A DNA stretch of 64,000 bases from an uncultured Chromatiales bacterium (GTDB lineage: Bacteria; Pseudomonadota; Gammaproteobacteria; S012-40): NCBI GenBank assembly GCA_964442745.1, contig CAYUAI010000011.1, positions 4,873-68,872 of the forward strand, written 5' to 3'. The notes beneath the pieces were generated by a model. It saw only the letters and a program-made list of their open reading frames with translations, ran no database searches and had not been told where the DNA came from. The stretch's first letter is position 1, and each line of letters opens with the position of its first letter. A program made the position numbers and the translations under genes. This document shows, piece by piece, positions 51,947 to 61,929 of this stretch.

Positions 51947-52123
51947 GGAATGGGCATGGAATAACGTCCTTGTTTGGCGCCCAGGTTGGGTTTGCATTCG
52001 TTCGTTCTGAGTGAACAAAAGTGCAGGAATAGTCGTTCTATTTCGAGCTTTTGTGATAGAAGAACGAGCGAAGACAGGCGGAAGATGGGAGGCGAAACCG
52101 AGAGGCTATTGCATGCCCATTCC
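51947..52123. mobile_element. MITE-like element (repeat family 2, about 177 bp)
   Basis: 12-bp terminal inverted repeats GGAATGGGCATG / CATGCCCATTCC. Its ends are related to the copies at 5185, 28475 and 52381. Confidence 0.5.
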
Positions 52124-52419
52124 TTAGCTAACACGCCCCGGCTATTTAAGTTGTCTTCATTCTAATGATAAATATACTTTAGCCTTCGCTACCCGTAAGA
52201 GAAATCGCATCAGGAAAAACCAATCGATTGTCTTTTTGTCCGTCGTTTTCCCTACAACGTAGGCTATACGCCCAACGTGGCCATGAAAACGATAAACAAA
52301 AATCCAGCGTAAGCATGATACTTTAACTTTTTCCTCACTGCTAAAGAAGAGGCAACGCAATCACTTCCTACGCCTCAAAACGAGAGGCGAAACCGGGAAG
52401 TAATTGCGTCGTCCACTTT

Positions 52420-53001
52420 TTAGGCGGGCAAGGCCGACCCCATTGTTAATCTCTCTCTGCGTACCACGTTTTTATTTTTTAACAAAAAAGCAACAAAACC
52501 TACACCAAAAATCATCATAATCCAGGTGGATGCTTCGGGCACCGGTGTCACAAAAGGTACTAACTTAAGGGCACCCGCATATTTACCGCCCGAATCACCT
52601 CGAACATTAAAGCGATAATCTCCAGCAGGTAATTGCGCAGAAATCATACTAGCCGGACCTGCCGTAAGTTGACGACCCAATGGCGTTGAACTCCCCGCTT
52701 CAAAAAGCGAAAATTCTAATCCGGAAATCGAAGACGGCCCTGCCCCGCCAAGCATCTCTCCTGCTTTCCCACCAGGCAGACTAACAGACAAACCAGTTAA
52801 ACCACTCTTTGTATTAAATGTTTCCCCTAATGAAAAGTTATAATTATCACTAAAAGCACCGGTTGACGCTGAAGAAAAAACATAAGCTCCTTGCTCCAAT
52901 TGGCCATTTGAACCTTGGCTCAAGGTCATTGCCATCGCTGGCATCACTGAAAGTAAATAAATGGTTAAAAAACCAGATAACATTATTTTGAGATTTTTCA
53001 T
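52420..53001 (-). CDS. Small secreted protein with a PEP-CTERM-like C-terminal sorting signal (candidate exosortase substrate)
   Basis: Signal peptide. C-terminal VPEASTW + hydrophobic helix + KNKNVVRRER. Confidence 0.5.
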   Translation of the reverse strand: MKNLKIMLSGFLTIYLLSVMPAMAMTLSQGSNGQLEQGAYVFSSASTGAFSDNYNFSLGETFNTKSGLTGLSVSLPGGKAGEMLGGAGPSSISGLEFSLFEAGSSTPLGRQLTAGPASMISAQLPAGDYRFNVRGDSGGKYAGALKLVPFVTPVPEASTWIMMIFGVGFVAFLLKNKNVVRRERLTMGSALPA

Positions 53002-53635
53002 GATTTACTCACTGGAAAATTATCACGATTAAGAATAGACTTGGTTCTAGTCAATTTGACACCACTATCTCTGTCGCACCGATTGGAAACCAAGTTAAGC
53101 AGTAATACAAGAAGGGCTAAATAAGTGAACCGTTAGGTTGATTTGCTGCGCATATTCACACGCCTAAAGACAACAACGATAAAGAGAGAAAACAGAAACA
53201 ATTTTATCGAACAATAATTCTACACCAACAGCCTAGGCTATTCAGGTCCTTTTCCAATGTCCCTCTAAGAATTAACATGAAAAAATAGACCAACGATTAA
53301 TCCATCATTTCAGATCGCAGAAAGACTCGTAAAACTATCACTGCCCACCCCCTGATATTACCAGAAACTTGAAACGTGAATCAAATTTTTTAGCTACGTT
53401 AAGAATGAACATTCATTGTATACCTTAATACGCTTCAAAAAAAATGGGTTAAAAACCGTTACACGGCTTCATTTGCCGCATCTAAGGACGAATACTCGCT
53501 TTTTCTACAGTACCTAAAGATTATTTCCTCCATTTTTTTTGAAACGTTAGGATATACCCAGCACAACCATGAACAATTATTTTCAGCTCCCAGCTTCAGG
53601 CTAGCTTTGACCGTGCTGAGTATGCAACAGATAAA

Positions 53636-56020
53636 TCAATTCTGCTCTAATGCAACACCTTTGAGCTGACTTCGTACCACAGACAAATGCTGATTCAATT
53701 CAGTACGATCCTGATTTAATACATAGGCTTTTTCTAAATAGTGCAAAGCTTTCATCACCTGTCCAGTACGATAATACGCCCAACCCAAGGTATCAAGATA
53801 TCGATAATCATTCGATGGTTTAAATCGCTGCGCAATGGCGACGGCAGATTCTCGGTCTTTAGCATTATTCTTATTCGAGAGCAATACAACCAACTCATTG
53901 GCCACCACATCGTTATAGGGCGTTTGATTTAAAATGCCTTCATAGAGCGCTTGTGCTTTTTCTATATGTCCTAAGTTCACATATAAAGCCGCGAGCAATT
54001 GCTGTAAAAACAAACCATCCATCAGAGAAACAACGTTTATCCCTTGAGTCAGCCTCTCAATCGCCTGGTCGGCATCACCTTTAGCCACATCAATCGACGC
54101 GAGCAATTGGTAAGATTCAGCCAAAACTGGGTTAACATCTAGCCCTTTTTGCAAAATCTCAATGGCTTTAGCATTCGCTTGTTTCTGTAAATACAGCCGG
54201 CCAAGTATAGGATATAAATTTGCGTTCTTTTCATCTTTATCCAACATACTTGTGACTCGATCAACAGCTTCATCAAGTTTGTTTTCTTTCAGAAGCACAC
54301 GAATCACACCCTCTAACGGTTTGTTAGCCTGGGGCTGCCGCTGTAACGCGAATTCAAACTGCTGTAAGGCCTCATCATACATTTCTTGCATTTCCAAAAC
54401 GGCACCCAGTACATAATACCCAGTGGCATGCTTGGGGACTAAAGTAATAATTTGTTTGGCAATGGCTTTGGCAGTGACCCAATTATTTCTTTTCACTTCA
54501 ACTTCGGCTAATTTAGTGAGCAGCTCAACAGCTTTTGGGAAAGTTTTTAGGCCTACTAAATAAACATCTCTTGCTTTGTCAAATGCCTTCTCACGTAAAA
54601 AAAGCGCGGCTAACTCAATTCTTGCCGGTAGATAGCTTGGGCTAATTTCAATCGCACGATTAAACTCTTGCCGCGCCAGCCCCATCTCGCCTTTCAGTAC
54701 ATGCGCTTTCGCTAACGCAAGCACAGTCTTCACATTATTAGGCGCGTCTTTAAGCACTATCCTTAAATCATCGATCGCATTTTGTGCAATACGGCGATCC
54801 AAGAATAAGTTACCGCGCAAATAAAGTGCTTCATTATCCCGAGGATTATGCTCGATCACCTGATTCAATATTTTTTGCGCTTGCCCTGGTCGCCCCTGCT
54901 CAACTTGTAATACAGCGAGTTTCTTTCTCGCTTTTTCTATCGCTAAATCTTCCGTATCACTATTGATAATGTCCTGATAGACCTCGCTCGCCTTGCCAGG
55001 CTGTTCGATAGCCTGATAGAATTCCGCCAATGAAAAACGTACCGAAACCCCACTCGTTTCTGCGGCAACAAATTGCAGCAATGTTTGTGCGGCCACCTGG
55101 TTACCTTGCGTTTTCGCTAAAAACTCCACCAACAACTGCTTACTTTCCAGACCAGATATATCATGCAGCGCCTGACGTAATACAGTTTCAGCTAGCTCAG
55201 GCTGTTTTCGCTCCAAATAATATTTTGCCAACGCCGAACGAAACAATAAAGTGGATGGATCAAGCTCAATAATTTTATTAAATAACTCGATGACGCGCTG
55301 GTGTTGCCCCTGCTGCTGATAAATTTGCAACAGCGTAACCCGCATTGGCACATCGGTTTTATTTTCTTCAATCCCTTTCTTGAGCAAAAGCTCAGCATTT
55401 TTCTCATTATTTAGCGCCAACAAAATTTTTGCTTTTGAATTTAACGCCGCCGCTTGATACGGTTCAACAAAAAGCACCTGGTCTACCCAACGCTCGGCCT
55501 CACTAAATTTAGCTTGATTCAATAAAACAGACGCTTTAATGAGTAACGCATCAGTCTGCTGCGGATCAATATTGAGTATGTCATCTGCTACTTGGTTCGC
55601 TTCTTGATAGTTTTGATCCATAAAAAACAACGCCGAAATATGGCTGAGCGCCCCTATATGAGTCGCATCTATCGTTACAACCCTAGAAAAATTGGCAAAC
55701 GCTGAGCGCCAGTTATCTCTTTGCTCCTCAATCAATCCCAACAAATAGTGCGCTTCTGCATTTTGACGATTCAGCTGAATCGCATTTTTAACCGCGACAC
55801 GTGCTTTATCAAATTTTTTATTTTCATACAAAGTCTTTGCGCGAAAATAATACTTTTCATATTGCTCTTCACTGCTACTGCACCCCGATGCAATATACAG
55901 CATCCCGATGATTAGACTGATTACGCCTTGAATATAATATTTTTTCATGTGCATTTTATTTATTAAAGTATGTTTTTTCGCCTTTAATCCTGTTAATGAA
56001 GAGATAGGCACAAAACTCAC
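53636..56020 (-). CDS. prsT: PEP-CTERM system TPR-repeat lipoprotein (PrsT-like)
   Basis: Lipobox (IASGCSS) and about 20 TPR repeats. Located next to the exosortase gene. Confidence 0.75.
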   Translation of the reverse strand: MSFVPISSLTGLKAKKHTLINKMHMKKYYIQGVISLIIGMLYIASGCSSSEEQYEKYYFRAKTLYENKKFDKARVAVKNAIQLNRQNAEAHYLLGLIEEQRDNWRSAFANFSRVVTIDATHIGALSHISALFFMDQNYQEANQVADDILNIDPQQTDALLIKASVLLNQAKFSEAERWVDQVLFVEPYQAAALNSKAKILLALNNEKNAELLLKKGIEENKTDVPMRVTLLQIYQQQGQHQRVIELFNKIIELDPSTLLFRSALAKYYLERKQPELAETVLRQALHDISGLESKQLLVEFLAKTQGNQVAAQTLLQFVAAETSGVSVRFSLAEFYQAIEQPGKASEVYQDIINSDTEDLAIEKARKKLAVLQVEQGRPGQAQKILNQVIEHNPRDNEALYLRGNLFLDRRIAQNAIDDLRIVLKDAPNNVKTVLALAKAHVLKGEMGLARQEFNRAIEISPSYLPARIELAALFLREKAFDKARDVYLVGLKTFPKAVELLTKLAEVEVKRNNWVTAKAIAKQIITLVPKHATGYYVLGAVLEMQEMYDEALQQFEFALQRQPQANKPLEGVIRVLLKENKLDEAVDRVTSMLDKDEKNANLYPILGRLYLQKQANAKAIEILQKGLDVNPVLAESYQLLASIDVAKGDADQAIERLTQGINVVSLMDGLFLQQLLAALYVNLGHIEKAQALYEGILNQTPYNDVVANELVVLLSNKNNAKDRESAVAIAQRFKPSNDYRYLDTLGWAYYRTGQVMKALHYLEKAYVLNQDRTELNQHLSVVRSQLKGVALEQN

Positions 56021-56037
56021 TCGTACCCAAGTCTGAT

Positions 56038-57630
56038 TCAGTCAGGGACATATTGGTTTAATTCGTTAACCACCACATTTAAAAAATTAGCCAGTCTTTT
56101 ATCTCCCTCAATTAAAGGTTCATCGGTCTCAATTTTGGTGACCAAACGAATCAACGCACCATCCGTTCTCCGTTGCGTTAATGCATCCCAGAATAAAAAC
56201 CATTTAACCAAGTATTCATTCGTTAAGTGTCGATGACGCTGTTTAAACCAAAAATAAACCAGCTGAGTATGCTCTCCTTTCCTAATCACACTGCGACTCA
56301 CGGCTAAGCGCTGGTGTGCATCGGTGGAAATAGGTACCTGATAGTCAGATAAGGTTTCGATTTTCCATCCCCCCCCCGGTAGACACGACCTCGGAGAGTG
56401 GGCTGATTGGCCACTGCGTTGTGAACCATAGTACGCCACATAAAGATTAACAGGCCGATCATCTTCTGTATAATAATTTGCCACCAGATAATCATCGAGT
56501 TTCAACGAATCTAAGAGTTTTAACTCCAGCCGATCGCGCAATCCATGCCAGTTTTCCAGTTGTTGAGGAAAACTGCTAAATACACGCCGCTCTGGTATAA
56601 TCTCTGGCCGAGTCACCAAAAAAATGGACAAGAAAAACATCAAAACCAGCAAAATGAATGTCCATAAAGACGAATTTGATTGCGTTGCCGTGGCTAGCAA
56701 GGAGGGATTATCGGTTTGTCGCCGAGGCAAATAAAAAACATCGGACAACTTCTTGCTGGGTTGACCGATCCGGGCAAGCCATGCCATGACTAGCATCAAA
56801 ATCATTAACCCACCCACAAATGAGCTGACACTCTCGAAGGTATGTAAAAAACCATCCGCTAAGTCCGGCCCCCAGTATTCGACCAAAATACCGATAACCC
56901 CGATACGCAAACCATTGAGCATAATAGCGATGGGTATCGCAGAGATTAATACAACGGCCTTTTTCCAGAGGACATCATGATATAAATAGGCACATAAAAA
57001 TGAAATACTGGTCAATGCCATAAGATAACGAATACCACTACACGCCTCAACCACTTGCAACTGGTACGTACCAAGATCAATCATATTTCCTTCGAGATAG
57101 ACGTCGATAGAAAACAAGCGAATCACTGCCACACCTAATTGCGAGGAAATCAGCTGCAGCTCTTGAGACAATCCGTTATACAAAAATGGAGGCAATGGAA
57201 TCATGAAGATAAGAAAAAATAATGGCACCCAAATCAACCGTATCACGGACCATCCGAACAAACTCAGTATGACACCGACCAACGTGATCAAAAAAGCATA
57301 TTGGACGAGAATATATAGCGTACTTAGGGTACCCAGCAATAGCAGCAAACCACCCAAAAAAATAATCCAATAACCGGCTTTAGAACCTTCTAAAAAAGCT
57401 TGAGCTAAAGCTTTTTTTTGCCACCAAATCAGAAAAATACTGATAACCGGAATAAAAAAACCGTGGTTATATTCAGCCCGTGTCCACCAGCGAAACACCA
57501 TTTCCGTCAAGCCGTCGTAAAACACGCCAATCAATAACAAGGGTATTAAGGCATAAATTAATATTCGATAATTACCTGAGGGATTAAAAAATACCGATGA
57601 GCTCATTTTCATTTTACGCACATAAATCAC
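56038..57630 (-). CDS. xrtA: Exosortase A (XrtA) fused to a C-terminal EpsI-like domain
   Basis: Multi-TM N-terminal domain with the exosortase active-site region (QVVEACSGIRYLMAL) and a conserved Arg, then a C-terminal soluble EpsI-like domain. Confidence 0.8.
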   Translation of the reverse strand: MIYVRKMKMSSSVFFNPSGNYRILIYALIPLLLIGVFYDGLTEMVFRWWTRAEYNHGFFIPVISIFLIWWQKKALAQAFLEGSKAGYWIIFLGGLLLLLGTLSTLYILVQYAFLITLVGVILSLFGWSVIRLIWVPLFFLIFMIPLPPFLYNGLSQELQLISSQLGVAVIRLFSIDVYLEGNMIDLGTYQLQVVEACSGIRYLMALTSISFLCAYLYHDVLWKKAVVLISAIPIAIMLNGLRIGVIGILVEYWGPDLADGFLHTFESVSSFVGGLMILMLVMAWLARIGQPSKKLSDVFYLPRRQTDNPSLLATATQSNSSLWTFILLVLMFFLSIFLVTRPEIIPERRVFSSFPQQLENWHGLRDRLELKLLDSLKLDDYLVANYYTEDDRPVNLYVAYYGSQRSGQSAHSPRSCLPGGGWKIETLSDYQVPISTDAHQRLAVSRSVIRKGEHTQLVYFWFKQRHRHLTNEYLVKWFLFWDALTQRRTDGALIRLVTKIETDEPLIEGDKRLANFLNVVVNELNQYVPD

Positions 57631-58129
57631 ATATAAATTCGGACAACGATTGTCTCAGGAATGCGTTTTCACAGACTTTGTGCCGCCTACTCCGCTGACA
57701 ACCCATTAGATATTTACTGGTATATATTTGAGGTAACGAATGTAGTTAGCGATGAAATTTTGTAATACAAAAATACAGCCATCGACATAACTAAGCCATC
57801 TACTGATTAATAAGCACTAAACAGACAAACAAGATGGGTTTATTTTATGGTAACAATTCAGAAAAAATTATCGCTGCCGACCCGCAAAGATCGATATTCA
57901 TACGAAAATACATATTGAATAGGCCACTATCAGCACCACAGTATTTTAGTATGATCTGAATCGTCATACTTTGAATTTATTGTTATAAAATGAAAAGGTA
58001 TATGACGGAAGCATATATGAAGCCAAAGGTTTCAACAAGCGTTAATATAAAAAAATACATGTTTGCCCATTAAATCACCCAATTGACAGAACATTACTCA
58101 AGCGAACAAATCAAAAGATTTATTTTGGT

Positions 58130-58671
58130 GACTAGGATTTTTCCCGATGACAATCCGCACCGGGGAATTCAATTTAACAGCCATCGGGATCTTCGACGAA
58201 CGCAATTCATAGTATTGCCCGCATTCACAGGGCCTACCTCACGGATTATTTTTCCGCCTTTGCGTTTAATATCATCAGCCACCCGATAGACATCATTGCT
58301 GCAAACACCATCGAGCCATCCCTTGACTCGATATCATCGCGATCCACTCCCCAGTTACAAGTTAATTCAATCACGGTATTGTCCGATTCATCACCATCCC
58401 CAAAAAACGCTAAGGTAAATTTGCCTTTCGGATAATCTTGTTGACGCAACAATCGCATTCCCATCATTTTTAGTGTATGACTCAAGGATTTTTTGTTAAT
58501 GACCAATGCGTAACATGGTATGGAGAATTTAGCCTTGATCATCATCTCGGCCAATTTTATCACCTTACGATCATTAATTTTCCAAACCATCGGATCGTAC
58601 CACCCCCTCTTCGCCGATAGCTCTGAGCCGGTAGGGTGGCCGAAACGATGAATAAGGCCGAGAATTCTCAT
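58130..58671 (-). pseudogene. gloA: Decayed lactoylglutathione lyase (glyoxalase I) gene, with at least 2 frameshifts, an internal deletion and a premature stop
   Basis: The ORF 58246..58671 carries MMGMRLLRQQDYPKGKFTLAFFGDGDESDNTVIELTCNWGVD, which matches the GloA N-half. Downstream, the +1 frame gives IREVGPVNAGNTMNCV (GloA REAGPVKGGTTVIAFV). The original frame then resumes with IAFVEDPDGC*IEF, matching GloA IAFVEDPDGYKIELIE with a K to stop change. Confidence 0.55.
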
Positions 58672-58699
58672 TGCCTCCTGTGATCACCCAATGTCGGTG

Positions 58700-59632
58700 T
58701 TATGATTGATGAAAATAATGAATACTGCTCGCAGTGATAACAATCACGCCTAACCATAACAATACGCCATTTTTTACCAGTAACATGGCCCGGCCAATGT
58801 CTCTTGTTTTCGGCATGGCCCCCTCGCCAAGTAATGGCCGCTTATGTATTCTCCCTTGATAATAGGCGACCCCGCCTAAACTTAATGCCAACGCACCCGC
58901 ACCGGAGGCTAACACCGCACCGGCATTGCGACTCTCCCATTGACGAGATTGCCTCTTCCAACAAACAAAAGCCGTAGCCGTGTCACCAAGTAAGGCATAG
59001 CTCAATGCTGTTAACCGTGCGGGCAGCCAGTTAACTAAATCATCAAACCGTGCGGCCGCCCAACCAAAGTCTTGATAACGAGCATTACGATACCCCCACA
59101 TCGCATCCAAGGTGTTCGCTAGGCGATACATTAACACCCCAGGGGCGCCTAAGATCAGATACCAAAAAATCGCCCCAAAGATACCATCACTGCCATTTTC
59201 CAACACCGATTCAATCGTCGCCTTTGCCACCTGACTTGCATCAAGATCACGGCAATCCCGACTAACAATTTTAGCAACATTGGTTCTTGCTAGTTCAATA
59301 TCACCATTCAGTAAGGCAAGCGCTACCGCTCGTGCATGCTGTTCTAAACTAGTCATACCAATGGCGAGATAAAGCACCAGCACTTCAATAAAAATACGGC
59401 CTGTATCCCATTGCAACAGCAAATAAAGCCATCCCATCAAAGGAAATATCAAAACGAAAACACCAATGCTTCCTCTGAGTTTTCTGGCGAAGACACGGCT
59501 ATCATCAGCACCATAAAACCATTTTTCAACCACACCGGCTAATAACCCAAAACCCACTAAGGGATGAAAACGTTTCGGTTCACCCAGCCACATATCCATG
59601 AGTACAGCCAGCAAACAAACCATTGCCTCCAT
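58700..59632 (-). CDS. cbiB: Adenosylcobinamide-phosphate synthase
   Basis: CobD/CbiB-family membrane protein (LGEPKRFHP...). Confidence 0.85.
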   Translation of the reverse strand: MEAMVCLLAVLMDMWLGEPKRFHPLVGFGLLAGVVEKWFYGADDSRVFARKLRGSIGVFVLIFPLMGWLYLLLQWDTGRIFIEVLVLYLAIGMTSLEQHARAVALALLNGDIELARTNVAKIVSRDCRDLDASQVAKATIESVLENGSDGIFGAIFWYLILGAPGVLMYRLANTLDAMWGYRNARYQDFGWAAARFDDLVNWLPARLTALSYALLGDTATAFVCWKRQSRQWESRNAGAVLASGAGALALSLGGVAYYQGRIHKRPLLGEGAMPKTRDIGRAMLLVKNGVLLWLGVIVITASSIHYFHQS

Positions 59633-59638
59633 ACTTGC

Positions 59639-60190
59639 CTAGGTCCTTTGCCAAAATACATCGGACACATTGTGTTCGCGATTTAACTGACGACTCAACA
59701 CAAATAACAAATCCGATAATCGATTTAAATACGCCATGCTATGCGCTGACACTAATGCCTCTTTTTCTTCCGCCAGCTGAATCACACAACGCTCAGCTCG
59801 CCGACACACCGTACGAGCCAAATGACTCATCGCCGCCGCCTGACTTCCTCCGGGCAAAATAAACTCTTTTAAAGGCGGCAATTGACGATTCATATGATCC
59901 ATCCAAACTTCCAGTTGTTCGATATTTTGTTCAGTAATAATGCAATGCCCTGGAATACTTAGTTCACCACCAATATCGAATAATCGATGCTGTACATACT
60001 GCAGAATATCTCGGATATGATCAGATATCTGCTCACACAAAAGCAATCCAAGTACGCTATTTAATTCATCTACCGTCCCCATCGCTGCCACTCGGCGATG
60101 GCTTTTCGCAATACGCTGACCATTGCCTAAGCCTGTTGTTCCCTGATCTCCGGTCCGTGTATAAATTTTTGTTAATCGATGTCCCATCAA
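59639..60190 (-). CDS. Cob(I)yrinic acid a,c-diamide / cob(I)alamin adenosyltransferase, PduO-type
   Basis: N-terminal KIYTRTGDQGTTGL motif characteristic of PduO/MMAB-type ATR. Confidence 0.8.
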   Translation of the reverse strand: MMGHRLTKIYTRTGDQGTTGLGNGQRIAKSHRRVAAMGTVDELNSVLGLLLCEQISDHIRDILQYVQHRLFDIGGELSIPGHCIITEQNIEQLEVWMDHMNRQLPPLKEFILPGGSQAAAMSHLARTVCRRAERCVIQLAEEKEALVSAHSMAYLNRLSDLLFVLSRQLNREHNVSDVFWQRT

Positions 60191-60199
60191 TCTATTTTC

Positions 60200-60937
60200 C
60201 TACCATTGCGTTAACATCACCAAAGCAAATGCTTCGGTCATTTCTATTAAGGCACCTGCCGTATCGCCGGTGGTCCCTCCCAATCTGGTGCGCATTAAAT
60301 GGCGTAAAACATAGGCGAACATCACAATCAGTAACAGGACAACAATCCCTTGCGATAAAACAAACCCTGCCACACAAACCGCTAATATAATTTTTGCTTG
60401 GGTACGCGGAATATACGTCGCATGCATGGCACCGATACCGTCGGCACGCACATAAGGCGTCGTTAAAAACAACCAAATGATTAACGCTCTTGCGACAAAT
60501 GGCGCAACAACCAGATAGACGGGCAGACCATGCTCAATCACCACCACAAGACTGGCGTATTTAATCAGTAAGACAAGCACCACCACCACCACGCCCATGG
60601 GGCCACATTGAGGGTCCTTCATAATATGCAGCGTTTTTTCCCGACTACCATACCCCCCGAGCCAAGCGTCTGCACTATCGGCCAAGCCATCAAGGTGCAA
60701 AGCCCCGGTCACCATCACCCAAATCAGCAATAGCAAGGCACTTTGCAATATCGCATCCACGCCACTCAATAAATATTGCGCTAGAGTCAAAAGACTTCCG
60801 ATGCAAAGACCAACCATCGGATAATACAACACCGAGCGCCCCAAATCTAACGGGCCAATATCATACTGGGCCGGCACAGGACAACGTGTTAACAACTGTA
60901 CCGCAATGAAAAAAGGCCGTAGCATCACTGCTCGCAC
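60200..60937 (-). CDS. cobS: Adenosylcobinamide-GDP ribazoletransferase (cobalamin synthase)
   Basis: CobS-family multi-TM protein (DGLADSADA motif). Confidence 0.85.
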   Translation of the reverse strand: MRAVMLRPFFIAVQLLTRCPVPAQYDIGPLDLGRSVLYYPMVGLCIGSLLTLAQYLLSGVDAILQSALLLLIWVMVTGALHLDGLADSADAWLGGYGSREKTLHIMKDPQCGPMGVVVVVLVLLIKYASLVVVIEHGLPVYLVVAPFVARALIIWLFLTTPYVRADGIGAMHATYIPRTQAKIILAVCVAGFVLSQGIVVLLLIVMFAYVLRHLMRTRLGGTTGDTAGALIEMTEAFALVMLTQW

Positions 60938-61491
60938 AGCGAAGCCGGTGATTTAATCGCGTGAGCAATACCCGCGACCACTAACGTCACCCCATCACAC
61001 TGTTGGGCAATTATCTGATGTAATAAGCCGAGTTCATCACAATAAAATCGAGTCATTCGGTCCATCGGAATCAGTCCCATATTGATCTCATTACTTACGA
61101 TGCTGATGGTACCTTGGCAGGCCGCAAATGCGGCTAACAAACGTTGCCGTTCAGTACGATAAATAGGCTCCTCAAATGGATTCGTGTCGCCCCATTGCTC
61201 ATTTGACGCCCTCAGTAAAAAACTCGATAGCCACAACGTTAAGCAATCAACGATTAGATAATGCGCGGGATCAGCACAACGATTAATCACTTGCCCCACC
61301 GCTTGAGATTCTTCCACTAATTGCCAATTTTTTGGACGACGCTTTTGATGCAATGCAATACGTTCGCGCATCTCTTCATCCAAGGCGGTAGCGGTCGCAA
61401 TATATACAACATCCAAACCACTCTGACCGGCTCGCTCTTCCGCAATCCGGCTTTTACCTGACCGCATGCCGCCCAATATTAACTCTTTCAA
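60925..61491 (-). CDS. cobU: Bifunctional adenosylcobinamide kinase / adenosylcobinamide-phosphate guanylyltransferase
   Basis: P-loop ILGGMRSGKS and overall CobU/CobP conservation. Overlaps cobS by 13 bp. Confidence 0.85.
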   Translation of the reverse strand: MKELILGGMRSGKSRIAEERAGQSGLDVVYIATATALDEEMRERIALHQKRRPKNWQLVEESQAVGQVINRCADPAHYLIVDCLTLWLSSFLLRASNEQWGDTNPFEEPIYRTERQRLLAAFAACQGTISIVSNEINMGLIPMDRMTRFYCDELGLLHQIIAQQCDGVTLVVAGIAHAIKSPASLCEQ

Positions 61492-61929
61492 AGATACTCC
61501 TTAGCCCAATAATCCCAAATTAACTCTTTCACTCTCCACCGTGTTATTCACAGTTATACAAAACTGTCAAGCCCGACACAAGAATGATGCATAATTCAAC
61601 TATTTTTTTTCAAAAAAAAATATTGCTTTGTTTTTAGATAGTTATATAAAACCAATCGGGCTGGCACAGCAATATAACCGTGCATAAATATTGATTTAAC
61701 AAGTTATTCAAATTTAATCCACAAACTTATCCACAGGCTATATGAATCACTCAGTCTCGCCGATACACTGAATATTATCAATTAAGCGGCGACAACGGAT
61801 ACGATCAATTCATTATCAAATTTCACCGACTTACAGCCGTTACCTCACGAACTGGCTTTATCATGACCAATCACGCCCACATGAATAACAACACTGCACA
61901 GTCACAGGGGACCTGTATATAATAGTGAG

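Noticed and set aside
61492-61929. Looked for a cobalamin riboswitch (B12-box GCCACTG, here as CAGTGGC on the + strand) in the leader upstream of the minus-strand cobU operon.
   Set aside because: No B12-box or recognizable riboswitch core was found by eye. The region is AT-rich and contains homopolymer runs but no conserved motif. A covariance-model search (Rfam RF00174) would be needed to exclude it.
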